A stretch of DNA of 64,000 nt, taken from positions 314,257 to 378,256 of the forward strand of contig JAAOMT010000617.1 of NCBI GenBank assembly GCA_016748015.1, read 5' to 3'. A program made the position numbers and the translations under genes. Origin of the DNA: Geosiphon pyriformis uo1. Lineage: Eukaryota; Fungi; Glomeromycota. Below, one piece after another: positions 52,301 to 64,000 of this stretch. The notes beneath the pieces were generated by a model. The model was not told where the DNA came from. It did no database searches and saw only the letters and a program-made list of their open reading frames with translations. How positions within the stretch are numbered: position 1 is the stretch's first letter; each line of letters begins with the position of its first letter.

Positions 52301-54859
52301 ACAAATAAATAAAACTTAATAGTTAATTATTATAAGAAATATTATTTATATTACTTGGATTTTATTAGCAAATAAATTAATAAAATTAACTTTTATTGTA
52401 TACTAATTAAAAAATTGTGATCTAATAATATAATTGGCTTTTAAAAATTTTGTATAATTTAAAAAATTTTTAACTATAAGAAAATCAAGAAAAATTTTGG
52501 TTTTGTTGTTCTGTAAATAATTACAAATTAAATAAAAAATAAAACTGCAAATTATTTAGCTTTCTTTACTAAAGCAAAACAATAGTATTTATTAGAGTGT
52601 TTTTTTATTTTGTAAAACAAAAATAATTATAATATTGGCTAAATAATAATAGGCTTTTATTAATATTGTAGTTAATTAATATAATAATAAATAATTATTC
52701 AAAATAGTACAAAAAAAATATTTATTATATTTTAAATTTAAAGTTTTATAAAGATAATTAATAGTTCTAATTTTTATAACTTTTTTTTTTCTTTTTTGTT
52801 TGTAGTTTTAAACTTAATATATATTATAAATATGTTCATATAATTTAAATATTGAATCAAAAGGAATAAGTAATTAAATAAATCATAGTTTATAATTTCT
52901 TGTTGTTTTTTAAAAAATTTTGCTTTTTTTGTCTGATTTTTACTTTGGTATTTTGTAAAATACTTTAATTTTTTTATTTTTCTAGTTTTATTATGCAAAA
53001 TTTTCTTGAAATTTTTAATACAAATTAAAAAACTATGTTAAATTTCCAAGTTAATAATAGAATTATAGATTTGTTAAAGTTTAACAAGCTTTTTATTATT
53101 TGTGTTAATAATTTCTATGACTTTTTTTTGTACTAAAACATTAAAAAAAATTATATTACTTACAATAATTTCTTTAATTGTTTTTGAAATAGTTGAAGTT
53201 AAAATGATTTAAATAGTTTTAAAGTTTTAAGATAATAGTATTAATTGTAAAAATACAAAAAACTTTAAATTAAAATTGAAGTTGCCAAATTTTTTCAATT
53301 TTTCTGTAAAAATTTTGCCAAATTTTTTTTATGTATTAGTATATTTAATATATAAATTAAATTTTTAATATGCAAAATCTCTAATGTTAATTTGTAGAAA
53401 TTTTATAAATATAAAACTTATTATATTGTAGCATAATTAAAAAAACTTGCATATTAAGAAAGTTTAACAATAAATAAAATCAAAAATACAATATCAAAAA
53501 CACAATAGATTAGAAATAAAAAAATAAATAAAAAATATACTAATTAAAAAATAAAAGATATATTAGATTAAAAGATAAAAAACATATTAGATTAAAAGAT
53601 AAAAGACACAAATTTATGGTTATTTTTATATAAAAAAAACAATATAATAAGTTAAAATATTTAAACTAGCATATTTTTATAATAATTTTGATTATAAGTT
53701 TAATTATATTTATTATATAAGTTTGATTATATTATGTCATAATTGTGTATATTATTATAATGTAAAATAATATTATTATAAAATGTTTAATTATATATAT
53801 TATTAAAAAGAAAAAAAATAGTCTTATAATAATCAATAATAACATAATATATATTTATTTCTTTATAATAAGTACAAATTATGTATTTTTTTACACATAA
53901 TTAATTATTAAACCAATTAAAAATATCTAAATTAGATTTAAAAATTTTTAATTAATTATTATTATATAATTATTATATATATATATTTATAAAAATATTT
54001 TAATATACTTAAAACTTAAAATTATTTGCATATACAGATTATAAAAAATGTATACTTAGTTTTAAGTCTTAAAACTTAAAATTAAGCTATAATATTATAT
54101 AAAAAATATGTGTATTTGTAAAAAAGCATTTTTAAAAGTATTATTATATAAAATTGTTTTTTAGTTTTAGACTTTAAAATTAATATAAACATAATTTTTT
54201 TATTTTTTAATAGAATAAATTTTGTGAAAAATAAATAAAAAAACAATGTTAATTAAATTTGATTAAAATATTTAAAGATTAATAAAACTTATTATAATAA
54301 AATTTTATAAAATTATAAAATAAAATTGTTTACTTAAAAAATTTGTTATAAATTTTATTTATAATATAAAAAATTAAGTTGTATTATATATTAGTTACTT
54401 TTTACAAAACCAATTTAAATTTATATTTTTACAATTTAATTAAATTATTATATAAATAATGCAATATTTTTAAAAAATTGCTACATATTAATAAATATTA
54501 TGGTTGTTTATAATGAAGTGTTTTTTAATTATAAAACACTATAAATTACTTAAAGCATAATAAAAAATTAAATATATAATTTATATTTAATTTTATATAA
54601 AAAAAACTTATTTTTTATTTTATTAAACTAATATTTATTAGAATTACTAATAAATAAATATTAAAATTCTATATATATTAATATTACGTATTATAAATAA
54701 GTTAATTTAGCAATTAATTATTTATATAATTTATTAAAATAATATACATTATAAAAAAATTTAATTTTTTTCTTTTGGTATATTTACTGTTTTTATATAT
54801 AATTGATTAGAAATTTTTTTGTAAATTTATATATTAAAAATATATTATTATTTTATAAT

Positions 54860-55240
54860 TATTTGGTAGAATTGTATTATACTAGGACATAGCTAGTAAG
54901 ATTTGGATATAAGATGAATATAAAAAAAGCTGAATTGATTAAAGATGGTAGTTTAATATTAAAACTGTCTTGTAATATAGTATTTATGCTGTTAAATAAG
55001 ATGATTTGATTGTTTAGTATTATTGAGTTTTTTGTTATTAGTTTTGATAATTGCAGATTATGTCTTTTTTTTGATTTGGGTGGTAATATGTACATTTATA
55101 TAAATATATAGTATTGTTTTGTTTAATCTAAGTGGCTAATCATATGTAATATGAATATAAATTATGTTTAGTTTAAGCCACTTAGTTTGATTTTATGTAC
55201 TAGATAGCAATTGGACTTTACTTAATAAAATATTTAATAT
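54860..55240 (+). mobile_element. Degenerate LINE 3' end relic
   Basis: TAGTATTGTT...CTAAGTGGCTAATCATATGTA (~55110-55150) matches the LINE 3' UTR motif, with ORF2 C-terminal similarity upstream. Confidence 0.65.
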
Positions 55241-57006
55241 AATAATTATTTTTTTATTTATTATGTTCTTAAATTTAAAACATAAATATTCTTTAATTAA
55301 AAAATTTATATATTGGTTTAAAATTTATAATTGATTATTATTTTATTAACAAATTATTATTTATTTAAATTTATTTTATTAAGTTTATTTGAATATTTTG
55401 CATAAAAATCTACTTATTACTATAAAAATAAATTTATAATCTTAGTTATCTTAGTGTAAATTATATTTATTATAATTTAAAAAAAAACTTTAATCATATT
55501 TTTGTATATATTTTTGATTTTGCTGCAAAAAAACTGTTATTAAGAATTGTTTTAATAAATAGATTACAAATTGTTTATAAGCTTTTTTATTTTTTAATTA
55601 TTAATAATTATGTTTATATATTATTTATTAAAAACTTTGTTTTTAAAAATTGATTTGCTAAATCACTTATAATATTTAAAAATATTATCAAAATTGACTT
55701 ATATATAAAAATTTTATTTATAATATAATAATGTTTTACAAAAAAAATATTTGGTTATTAAATTCTAAATTAAAAATAAAATATAAAAAAGATTTTTGAT
55801 TATTAATAATAAGTTTATTTAATTAATAATTAATAACTAGTTTTAATAATTTTGTTTATAAAAAGAGTTTTGCTTAAAATTAACTTGTTAATTTTGGTTT
55901 TGTTATTAATTTGTAATTGGTTTTAATATTTTTGGTAAATTAATTAGTGTTTTAAGTATTTTTAACATATAATATAAACTTAATTGGTTAGCTATATATA
56001 AAAAAGGCATGAATTACACTTATAATATAAAAAAATATTATTTATTTGGATTTGTTTTATGCATATTATAAAATTTATAAGTATTAAGCCAGATAAATCT
56101 TTCTAATTTGGCATTATATTTAAATATCTTGGTTATACAGTTTTTGAAATTTTCTATGTTACTTATAAAATTGAAGGAGCACTTGTCTATTGTTATCTTA
56201 ATACATAAAACGCTTCCCCTCATTTTAAATTGCAAACCCAATGAACTAAAGGCCTGATTTAAAGAACACCAAAAATAGGTCCTACCTATAGTTTTAGTTT
56301 CTTTTTTCGCGAGCTGATTTTCCAGTTTTCATGAAAAAAATCACGTAACTCATATAGATCACCGGAAAATTTGAGTGCATAAAACGATACTTTTATGCTT
56401 CATAGCTTTCTTGCTGATATCTTGAGTCAAAAGCTCAAGGCTATTTTTATAAGATGATTTTCGAGAAAAATTGTTCCAGAGATCTCTTTCATATTCATTA
56501 TCCTGTTCAACCATGGGCCAAAAATTAACTGTGGCTTTGATCCTGAATTAGTTCGAGTTGAAATAAAAGATAAATTATATTTCTGTAGTGAAAAAAACAC
56601 AAAATACAACTTAGGACCTTCCAGCCATTGGGGACACCTGTTAGCCGCAATATAGGACATTCTATTAAAGCAAAAGAGAGATAAACGCTGGCCTAATCGA
56701 TATTACCAGCAAAACAGAGATCACGGCAGACGCCAAGTAATACCCACCAGCACAACGGACATCGCGGCAGATCCAAAGTAATATAACCAACACAGGTCTC
56801 GCAGCAGATGCATAACAACATAACCAACAAAACTAACATCACGGCAGAGTAATAAAATTCATCTTTCACCTTTTTGTGTGAAAATAAATTTTTTAACGGC
56901 GTCGCATGGTATAAGAGCACGACGATGATATAAAGTAAAGATGTAAGAAAACTTGTTAGCGAGAAAATGGTTCAATAAAAACGATTTAATAGTGTAGGTA
57001 GAATTT

Positions 57007-57062
57007 AAAATCAACTTAATCCTTTCGGTGGAAACTTCGATTTATGGTATATTAATCAAACT
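57007..57062 (-). pseudogene. U14: U14 pseudogene
   Basis: Retains AGTTTCCACCGAAAGGATTAAGTT, but box C is lost, domain A is mutated (ATCGAAGTTTC), and domain B with most of box D is deleted. Confidence 0.85.
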
Positions 57063-57262
57063 AATATAGACTTATATGTTATCGCGAGCTTCAAAGATTT
57101 TAAATTACTTACAATATAGGGGTGAAGAGCTTAGGCGATAGACCTGGACATGTTCAAGGAAAAACTGAGTTAATATGGTTGAGTTTGTTTATATTTTTTT
57201 AATAGCGTTAAACTAGTCGAGTACTGTTTTTTGAATCAACAAGTACATAATAATTTTTATTT

Positions 57263-57381
57263 GAGTGATCAGTTTGGGATACTGGCTAGTATTTACTCCT
57301 TAGCGAGAGGAGCAGCATAAGAATCACCATGGTCGATAAGATGGGGAAAGAAGAGTCTTTCGTTTATTCATCATTTCACTC
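57263..57381 (-). ncRNA. snR190: Box C/D snoRNA snR190 homolog, copy B
   Basis: One difference from copy A over the 106 nt from box C to box D; 6-bp terminal stem GAGTGA/TCACTC. Confidence 0.85.
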
Positions 57382-57799
57382 TTTAAACTAAATATCTAGA
57401 ACATAGAGCATCATAACTCACCGTATACTCGAATACGAAGCGTTTAAAAAGGAAGGGAGAATATAAGATTGCTATAAGAAAACATCTGTGCTGATTTATA
57501 AAAAAAAATTTTCTGTTTTTATAGGAAAGATCAGCGTAGGGATTAGTCATTTGATTAATTCCATATAACCAAAGTCATAACATCTTGTGGCTTCAATTGG
57601 ATGACGTCATATTGGTTAAACAAACGGGGATTGGCTAAAAACCAGACAAAGTGAACATTTTAGTTGCGTTATTAATTTGGTATCAAGACGTAAACTTGGT
57701 TGAGATAAACGTTTTACTTGCAGTTATCATTATAACAGTAACATAGGCCATACCTCTAAGGTATTGTGGTGAATGGGCGAACAGCAGATACTATATTTA

Positions 57800-58750
57800 T
57801 ATGAAATATCCTCTTCTTTTTAAATAAATGCATAACTCAGCCTCACCGTTCTTAAAAATAAACTGTCAAATTTGTGATTTTCAGTAACAAACATTAATGA
57901 GTAAGTGAAAAAGTTGACAATAATCCGGTGTATTGATGCTAAACACTCGTCATAACCCATCTAAATGTATTAATAAAAAATGTTGCGATAATTATTTTGG
58001 ACACCATGTCTGGGCTCATCAAAATTGCACTGAAGAAACAAGGCAGTAAACTACAAGCAACTCTACTCACTCAAAATTATTTTCACATTCACTACGGTAT
58101 TCTTCGAAAAAATTTTCCAAATTGACATTTTCGACTATCAGTGCTGTTCTTTCCACTCTCCCAATCATCGATTCCGCCACTTTTTTAAATCATCATCTGA
58201 ATCTGAGTTAAATTCAAGTGATTTTATCAGCAACGTAGCGAAAGTGTAACAAGACTATTTGTTTGAGATATACTTGTACTAGATATAGTGGCCCTTCCAT
58301 CTTGACATTGGTCTGGATTTTTCCCGTCTATGTCTTCATTTGATTCATGTCTAAATATGGTCATGTAAGCCTAAAAGGAGTCTATATTCAGAAAGGAAGA
58401 ATCTTGAAAGAAATACCTGAACTCCTGTTGATGCTAAAAGAAAAGAAATGAAAGACAACTTTTTGCATCAAGTGATCAGAACCTAAACTAACAGATACAT
58501 AAAATAACGTTAAAAAAAACATGCCATCAATACCTTGAGATCATTTTCCGAGAATTCAGAAGGTTGTTTAGAACCAGCTAGTGTTGATATCGTGGCGTCA
58601 ATGTCGTCAAGAATCGCATTGCGGACCTTTGACATTGATTTTGCTCCATCAGCGTAGGTAGAAACAGTGGCCTCTCTCTTGCATATTGTAGAACGAATGA
58701 GCGTTAATTGAAAGGATTAGCAACTGGAAAAATCCTAAAGCTTACCCTGA
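57800..58750 (-). pseudogene. Probable decayed multi-exon gene remnant, unknown product
   Basis: CpG-retaining, coding-like segments (LIRSTICKREATVSTYADGAKSMSKVRNAILDD...NDLK|GT; ERTALIVENVNLENFFEEYRSECENNF) with an intron-like gap, but broken frames. Confidence 0.35.
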
Positions 58751-58999
58751 TTTGATCAAAAGGTTATGCGATTCTTCACGGTTTTAGCGAGATCCTCGAT
58801 AAAGTTAATATCTTAAGAATCTTAACGGTCATTCGGCAAAGATCAAGAGTCATCACTGAGAAACCAAGAGTCGCTCAGCTAGCTGCCGAAAACGCACCGG
58901 CCAAGAGCCATCACCATACGACCAAGAGTTATATAGCTTGGTGACCTGACACGTATCTCTATCCATAAAAACCAAATCTTATTTACGTACATTCCAGCT

Positions 59000-60649
59000 A
59001 TGTATTTGAAAAAAAATGTGGCAGTTTAAAATTTTTATCCTGATCATCACAAAAAGCGATTGAAGTAATATTAAAAATTCTAATTATAACTGTTCCGCCG
59101 AATATGAAAAGGCAATACGTTTCTTGGAGTTAGGTTGCAATTGTGGTTGCTCAAAAAAGATTCCGAGAGAAATGTCTGCCGAATTGCGTGAAGCGTTTCA
59201 AGCCCTCTCTAGACCGGAACAAGATATATTTTTAATGGTCCAGTTGAAAGCAATGAATGGTGGAGAAATAACTGCCAGTAGACGTCTTAAAAAGAAAACG
59301 CGTATTAATAAGAGAACGTTTTATTACTGAAATCGCACTACGCCTCTTTGTCAAAAAACGTCAGAAATCATCTAGCAACGAATGGCATAATACCGCCCAT
59401 TCATGGTAATGTAAAAAAAGTGCCGCAATGGAAAACCAAAATAACCATTGATATAACCGTTGCCACCACCGTGAAGAGTATTCTCGAAAACTATGCTGAA
59501 ATCAATGGACTACCAAGTCCTGGTAGAAATGTCAATCGCATTATTCAATCACTTACACTTTTGCCAGCTGAAACGAGTTACAAATCGGTCTATAGTGATT
59601 TTATTGCAGGTCTTGAAAATGACAACACGTTGAAATTGTTAAAATATGATGCGTTTCGCAAGGTATGGCACCAATTAAAACCTTATATTCAAATCATGAG
59701 TCCGAGAACAGATTTATGTGACACCTGCCAACATTTTCGGAACGGCTTACAGTATAATGCTCGTAAGGAAGAAGAAGCAAGAGACTTATTAAAAAAATTC
59801 AAAGAATATTTAGTTAATTATTGTAGTGTTGATGCTACTGCTCATTACAGTTACGATTGAGCACAAAACGTTCACGTACCCCATTCCGATCAACAGGTAA
59901 GTAAGATTTATTATCTTAGTCCTCGTAAAGTACATTTATTTGGTATTCAAGATGAAGCAGTGCGCGAACAAAATAATTATGTTCTCGATGAAGACGAAAT
60001 TATCGGCAAAGGACCTAATGGTACACTGAGTATGGTATTCGATGGAATTAAGAGATTGAATAAAGGTGAAAAGTATTTAAAGATTACTTGTGTCAATGCG
60101 GGTGGTCAGAATAAAAACAATGCTACCATTTGATTTTACTTGTATTTGGTAATTTATGGTTATTATGAAAGTATCGAATTAAATTTCATGGTACCTGGAC
60201 ACACTAAATTTAAGTCTGATGGTGGTTTTGGGTTGATTAAAAAACTTTATAGTAAAAAAATCAAGTACGGTGGGATTAAATAAAGCTCAGCGTTATGACA
60301 ACGGAAAAGGTTTTCAATACTTAGATCTCAATTCTGTGTTAGAGATTTTTTTTAAAAATTTAAATGGTTTGCAAAAATATCAGCATTTTGTATTTGAAGC
60401 AGCCAATCCTGGAGTTGTCAAAGCCCAACTGGTTGCTAATGGGTACTTAGTTTATTGAAAACCAGAAAAGCAAATGTTTCTGAAATTACCATAGAAATTA
60501 AATCTTTTTCCATCCTAGTACTAACGCCTCCTCCTTTGGATTACAAAAGACAAGAATATCTTTATCACAATATTCGCTCATTTGTCAGAGATGAATTTAA
60601 AGACATAACTTGTTCCAAGCCAATATTGAATAATTTTTATATTAAATAA
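59000..60649 (+). pseudogene. Sola-like DNA transposase pseudogene
   Basis: CNCGC N-terminus, PPIHGN, GLPSPGR, PRTDLCDTC, HYSYD*AQN, VHLFGI, KGPNG, CVNAGGQNKNN (DNxxGQNKN), FMVPGHTKFKSDGGFG. Trp>stop changes, deletions and frameshifts. Confidence 0.75.
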
Positions 60650-61489
60650 AATTGTTAAAGCTGCCTATGATTAATTCTTTTTTCCCTTGATCTTAATTAT
60701 TATAATTATTAAAATAATTAGGAAATATAACAGTGTTCCACAACCAATCATTAAGTAAGGCCTCTCTTTTTCTATCTTATTAAGTCGATTTTCTAATTCA
60801 ACCTTTGGAGTTTTGTTTCATTTCGAACTCAAACTGAACTGCTCAAGCAGATAACATCCCTAATTATAACAAGTTTGATTTACAACCTTCTCTTTTTTAT
60901 AACCTTTACTTAATCTTTTATTATATCAACAAATTCAGTAATTATAAATTGGTTGCAAAGCCCATGAAATTTATCATTTGTCTATTTTACTCCAATTCTC
61001 AAATCTATCTCCAACATAGAAAAGTTTTCTGTAACAAATTTTATTAATTTGATTATCTTAAAATCCGTTTAATTGAAAATTATAGCAGTATTTGACTTTA
61101 TTAAACTTTTTAGTATTGGAAAAGATAAAACTATAATTTGGTTTCTTTTTTATTATTTTGGAATTCTAATTTATAATCCAAATAAAAATCTGTGGATTCC
61201 AAATAATATCACAAAATTAAATATATATACTGTTTTGGTATTTTATATTTATTAATATAAGCTTTATTATTTATGTCTTAAAATAGTTTACCATTTTTCT
61301 ATGTGCTGTTATAAGAGTTGTATAATATAATAGCTGGCAATATTCAGTATTTAACTTTTTTTAGCATAGTAACTAGTTTATTCTGGTGTTTTTTATCTTT
61401 TTGGTAAACAATTTAATGTATTAATAAGTCAATTTCATGCTTATTTCTGTGTTTTTTATCAGACAATTTTTGATATTGTAATTTTAATA

Positions 61490-61650
61490 TTTTTTTAATT
61501 AATTATTAAAACAAATAACCAAAAAAGAAGAAAATAAAAGAAATTATAAATAAAAAATTAATATTTTGTCAATAATTATAATCAAAAACTATTGTTTTAG
61601 TATTATTAAAATTTTTGGAATATTTTTTGTAAATACTAATAGTAAAATTT
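61490..61650. repeat. Relic related to the family C LTR
   Basis: AAGAAGAAAATAAAA...ATAATCAAAAACTATTGTTTTAG is shared with ~2635-2696. Confidence 0.5.
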
Positions 61651-62671
61651 TTAAAGACAGTAAATAAAGCCATATTTTAAAATATTATTAAAGTTTTTTT
61701 GAATATGTTGAAAATTCATGTGTTTAAACTTTGTTTTATAATTAATAGAACCAAAAATAAAGAAAAAAATTATTTTAGATTTATTAAAATTAAAAAATAT
61801 TATATTAATAAGTTTTTTAAGAGACTTAATAAATGATTAAAAAAGCTTTATATAGCTATAAAAAATTTCAAAATTTGTTAAATAAGTTATTAAAAAAAAT
61901 ATATATATTAATAAAAAAATAAAAAAAATTAGTATTAATAACTGTTAGTATTGTTATTAAAAAATACAATAAAACAGTTTAAAACATATTTAAAAATTAT
62001 TACAAAAAGCAAACTATAATATTTTTATGATTTAAAAGTTTTAAACAATCAGATTAATATTAAAAAAAACAATTAAAAGCAAATATATTTTTGTTTTATG
62101 TTAGTATTCTTAAATTGTTTGTATTTTAATATTTACAACATTTTTACAATGTATTAAACGTTTATAATTTACAGTATAACTTAAAAAAATGCTTTAAATT
62201 GTCAAATTAAAATTTTAATCAAGTAATTACGATAATCTTAATTTTTTTATTTTAACTTGACATTTAAAAAATTATACAATTATAAATTTTTAATCGACTT
62301 ATCATTTTTATATGCATAAATAATCTTTAATTTTAATGTTAACTTGATTAAAATTGATAAATTCAGGCTATCTGTTGTATAAATTAAAAAAGTAACATTT
62401 CATATAAAAGATTATTTTGAAGTTGAATAATTAAAAATAAAAATAAAAAGAAGTCATTAAATAAATCCATTTAAAAGTTTTTTCAAAAATGTTTTAAGTC
62501 TAAGATGAAAACAAACTAATCAATTTCAAAGCTATTAAATTATCATGTAATAAAATAGAATTCAAAAAAATAATTGGGTTTTTATTAATTATTGTGTATT
62601 CAAAATAAAGAATATATTATTATTAAATGTTGTAATTAATTTTAAGCTATTAATTATTCTAGCTAAAATAC

Positions 62672-62900
62672 TGTTACCAGTTGAAATTTGAATTAAAATT
62701 AGCATAAAATTATCTTTCTGATTCTTATTATTAATTAGTATTAATTATTCAATTTAAAATTGGGTTATAAGATTTAAAATTAATGTAAATTTTACTTAAA
62801 CTGTTTAATATTTATTTAAACTTTACTTGAATTGCTTAAAATTTATCTGAATTATCTAAATTTTACTATAAACTACCAATTTTAATAAATTAAAATAATT
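62672..62900 (+). repeat. Degenerate LTR relic related to the Gypsy A LTR
   Basis: TGTTACCAG...AAATTAGCATAAAATTATC matches the 5' end of the solo-LTR subfamily; the right end is undefined. Confidence 0.55.
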
Positions 62901-64000
62901 CTTTAATGTTTTGAATTTTAATTTTCAACTAATAACAATAATTTTAGCAGTATAAAGTTTTTGATTATTAAAGTTTTATTCTTAAGATATAACTAATATT
63001 AATCAAAAAATGTATTGATTAGATTTAAAAAAAATCTAAAAAGTTTTATACATTTTGGCAAATGCTTTTTTGAAAACTTTGAACAAGCAATCACAATTAC
63101 AGTCTATTTTTAAAAATTTATTACTTTTTAAGATTTAGTTATTATAATAATATATTTTTATATACAGTTTGTTTAATTTTTTAATATTATTAAAAATTAA
63201 TCATTATATATAAAATAGCCATATAAACTAATTAAATTAAATATAAAACCTAAAAACTGCACTTTTTTTTTACAATAAAACCAAAACCAAAAGATTGCTT
63301 TTGTATTTTTAAAATATTTAATAACAAATTTATTAAGAAATATTCAAATAAAAAAATTAAACAAAAACCCAAAAAAATAACAAAAAATAAATATTTTTAG
63401 ATACTTACTAAAAATTTAAAAATAAATGAAAATATTAAAAAATAAATTACCTATTTTATATAAGAATAATTCTATATTATTTGAACATGTAAAATTTTTG
63501 TATTTAAGTTTTATTTAATAATGTATATATTACAATAATACTTACATAAATATGCTTAATCATTTCATCAACTATTTTATTGCCGCTTGAAAAGGCCCCG
63601 GTAAAGTTTTCAAAAAATATAAAACGGCAAGCATTGCAGTAGTTACTTCCACTATTTTAATATTCTTTTGAGACGTTGGAAACTTAAAATCTTTTTATAC
63701 AAAATTTATAAAGAATCAGTCTATGAAAAACTATGAATTAATTAAATCAAACATTTAATTACATATATTTTATTTTATAACATGTTTTGAAGATCTTATT
63801 TTTAATCAAGAAATATTGAATTATTTTAACTTATATGTATAATCAAGTGTTTTAAATTCCAAAAATTAATTTTCTAATTATAATGTTTGATTATTTTTTG
63901 AAATAAAAGAAAATCTACAAATTTAAAATTTTTAATTGAAACATTAAACTTTTTTTTCAAAATTTATTGTAAATTAGCACTGAATTTATTGATTATAGCA

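Larger units (their letters stand above)
56168..57596 (-). ncRNA. snoRNA host gene copy B (inverted paralog of 4173-5703)
   Basis: Reverse complement is collinear with copy A; intron-1 donor (57421-57416), acceptor, mini-exon and intron-2 donor are retained. Confidence 0.8.

Noticed and set aside
4173-57596. The 1.5-kb inverted repeats as TIRs of a ~53-kb giant element (Maverick/Starship-like)
   Set aside because: They are snoRNA host genes with ragged ends and no TSD; no polymerase B, capsid or tyrosine-recombinase gene lies between them.
60700-61100. Possible FAR1/MULE transposase relic on the minus strand (also 63580-63700)
   Set aside because: Only a few suggestive residues and broken frames; insufficient support.

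Overview
AT-rich eukaryotic DNA, almost certainly fungal. The repeat families, short GT-AG introns and receptor family suggest Glomeromycotina/Mucoromycota (inference). Most of the window is nested, C>T-decayed retroelements: two complete Ty3/Gypsy LTR elements (A: 6370-17274; B: 34544-42781, both with 4-bp TSDs), an inverted solo LTR inside A's 3' LTR, the 5' part of a third Gypsy (571-3174), one full-length RNase-H-containing LINE (27675-34470), several 5'-truncated LINEs, and a Sola-like DNA transposase pseudogene. Host content is one intact 8-exon 7TM/GPCR-like gene (46398-44636, minus, 403 aa) and an inverted ~1.5 kb duplication (4173-5703 / 56168-57596) of a non-coding host gene with intronic snR190 and U14 snoRNAs. 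In the second copy snR190 is nearly identical while U14 is destroyed. Most striking is the architecture shared by the two divergent Gypsy families: an integrase ORF with its own ATG in the +1 frame, followed by a homologous, apparently non-membrane ~220-240 aa third ORF that reads through the polypurine tract into U3. Element A also carries a multi-CxxC domain and a dUTPase inside pol. All alignments and translations were done by eye; the boundaries of degenerate relics are approximate.
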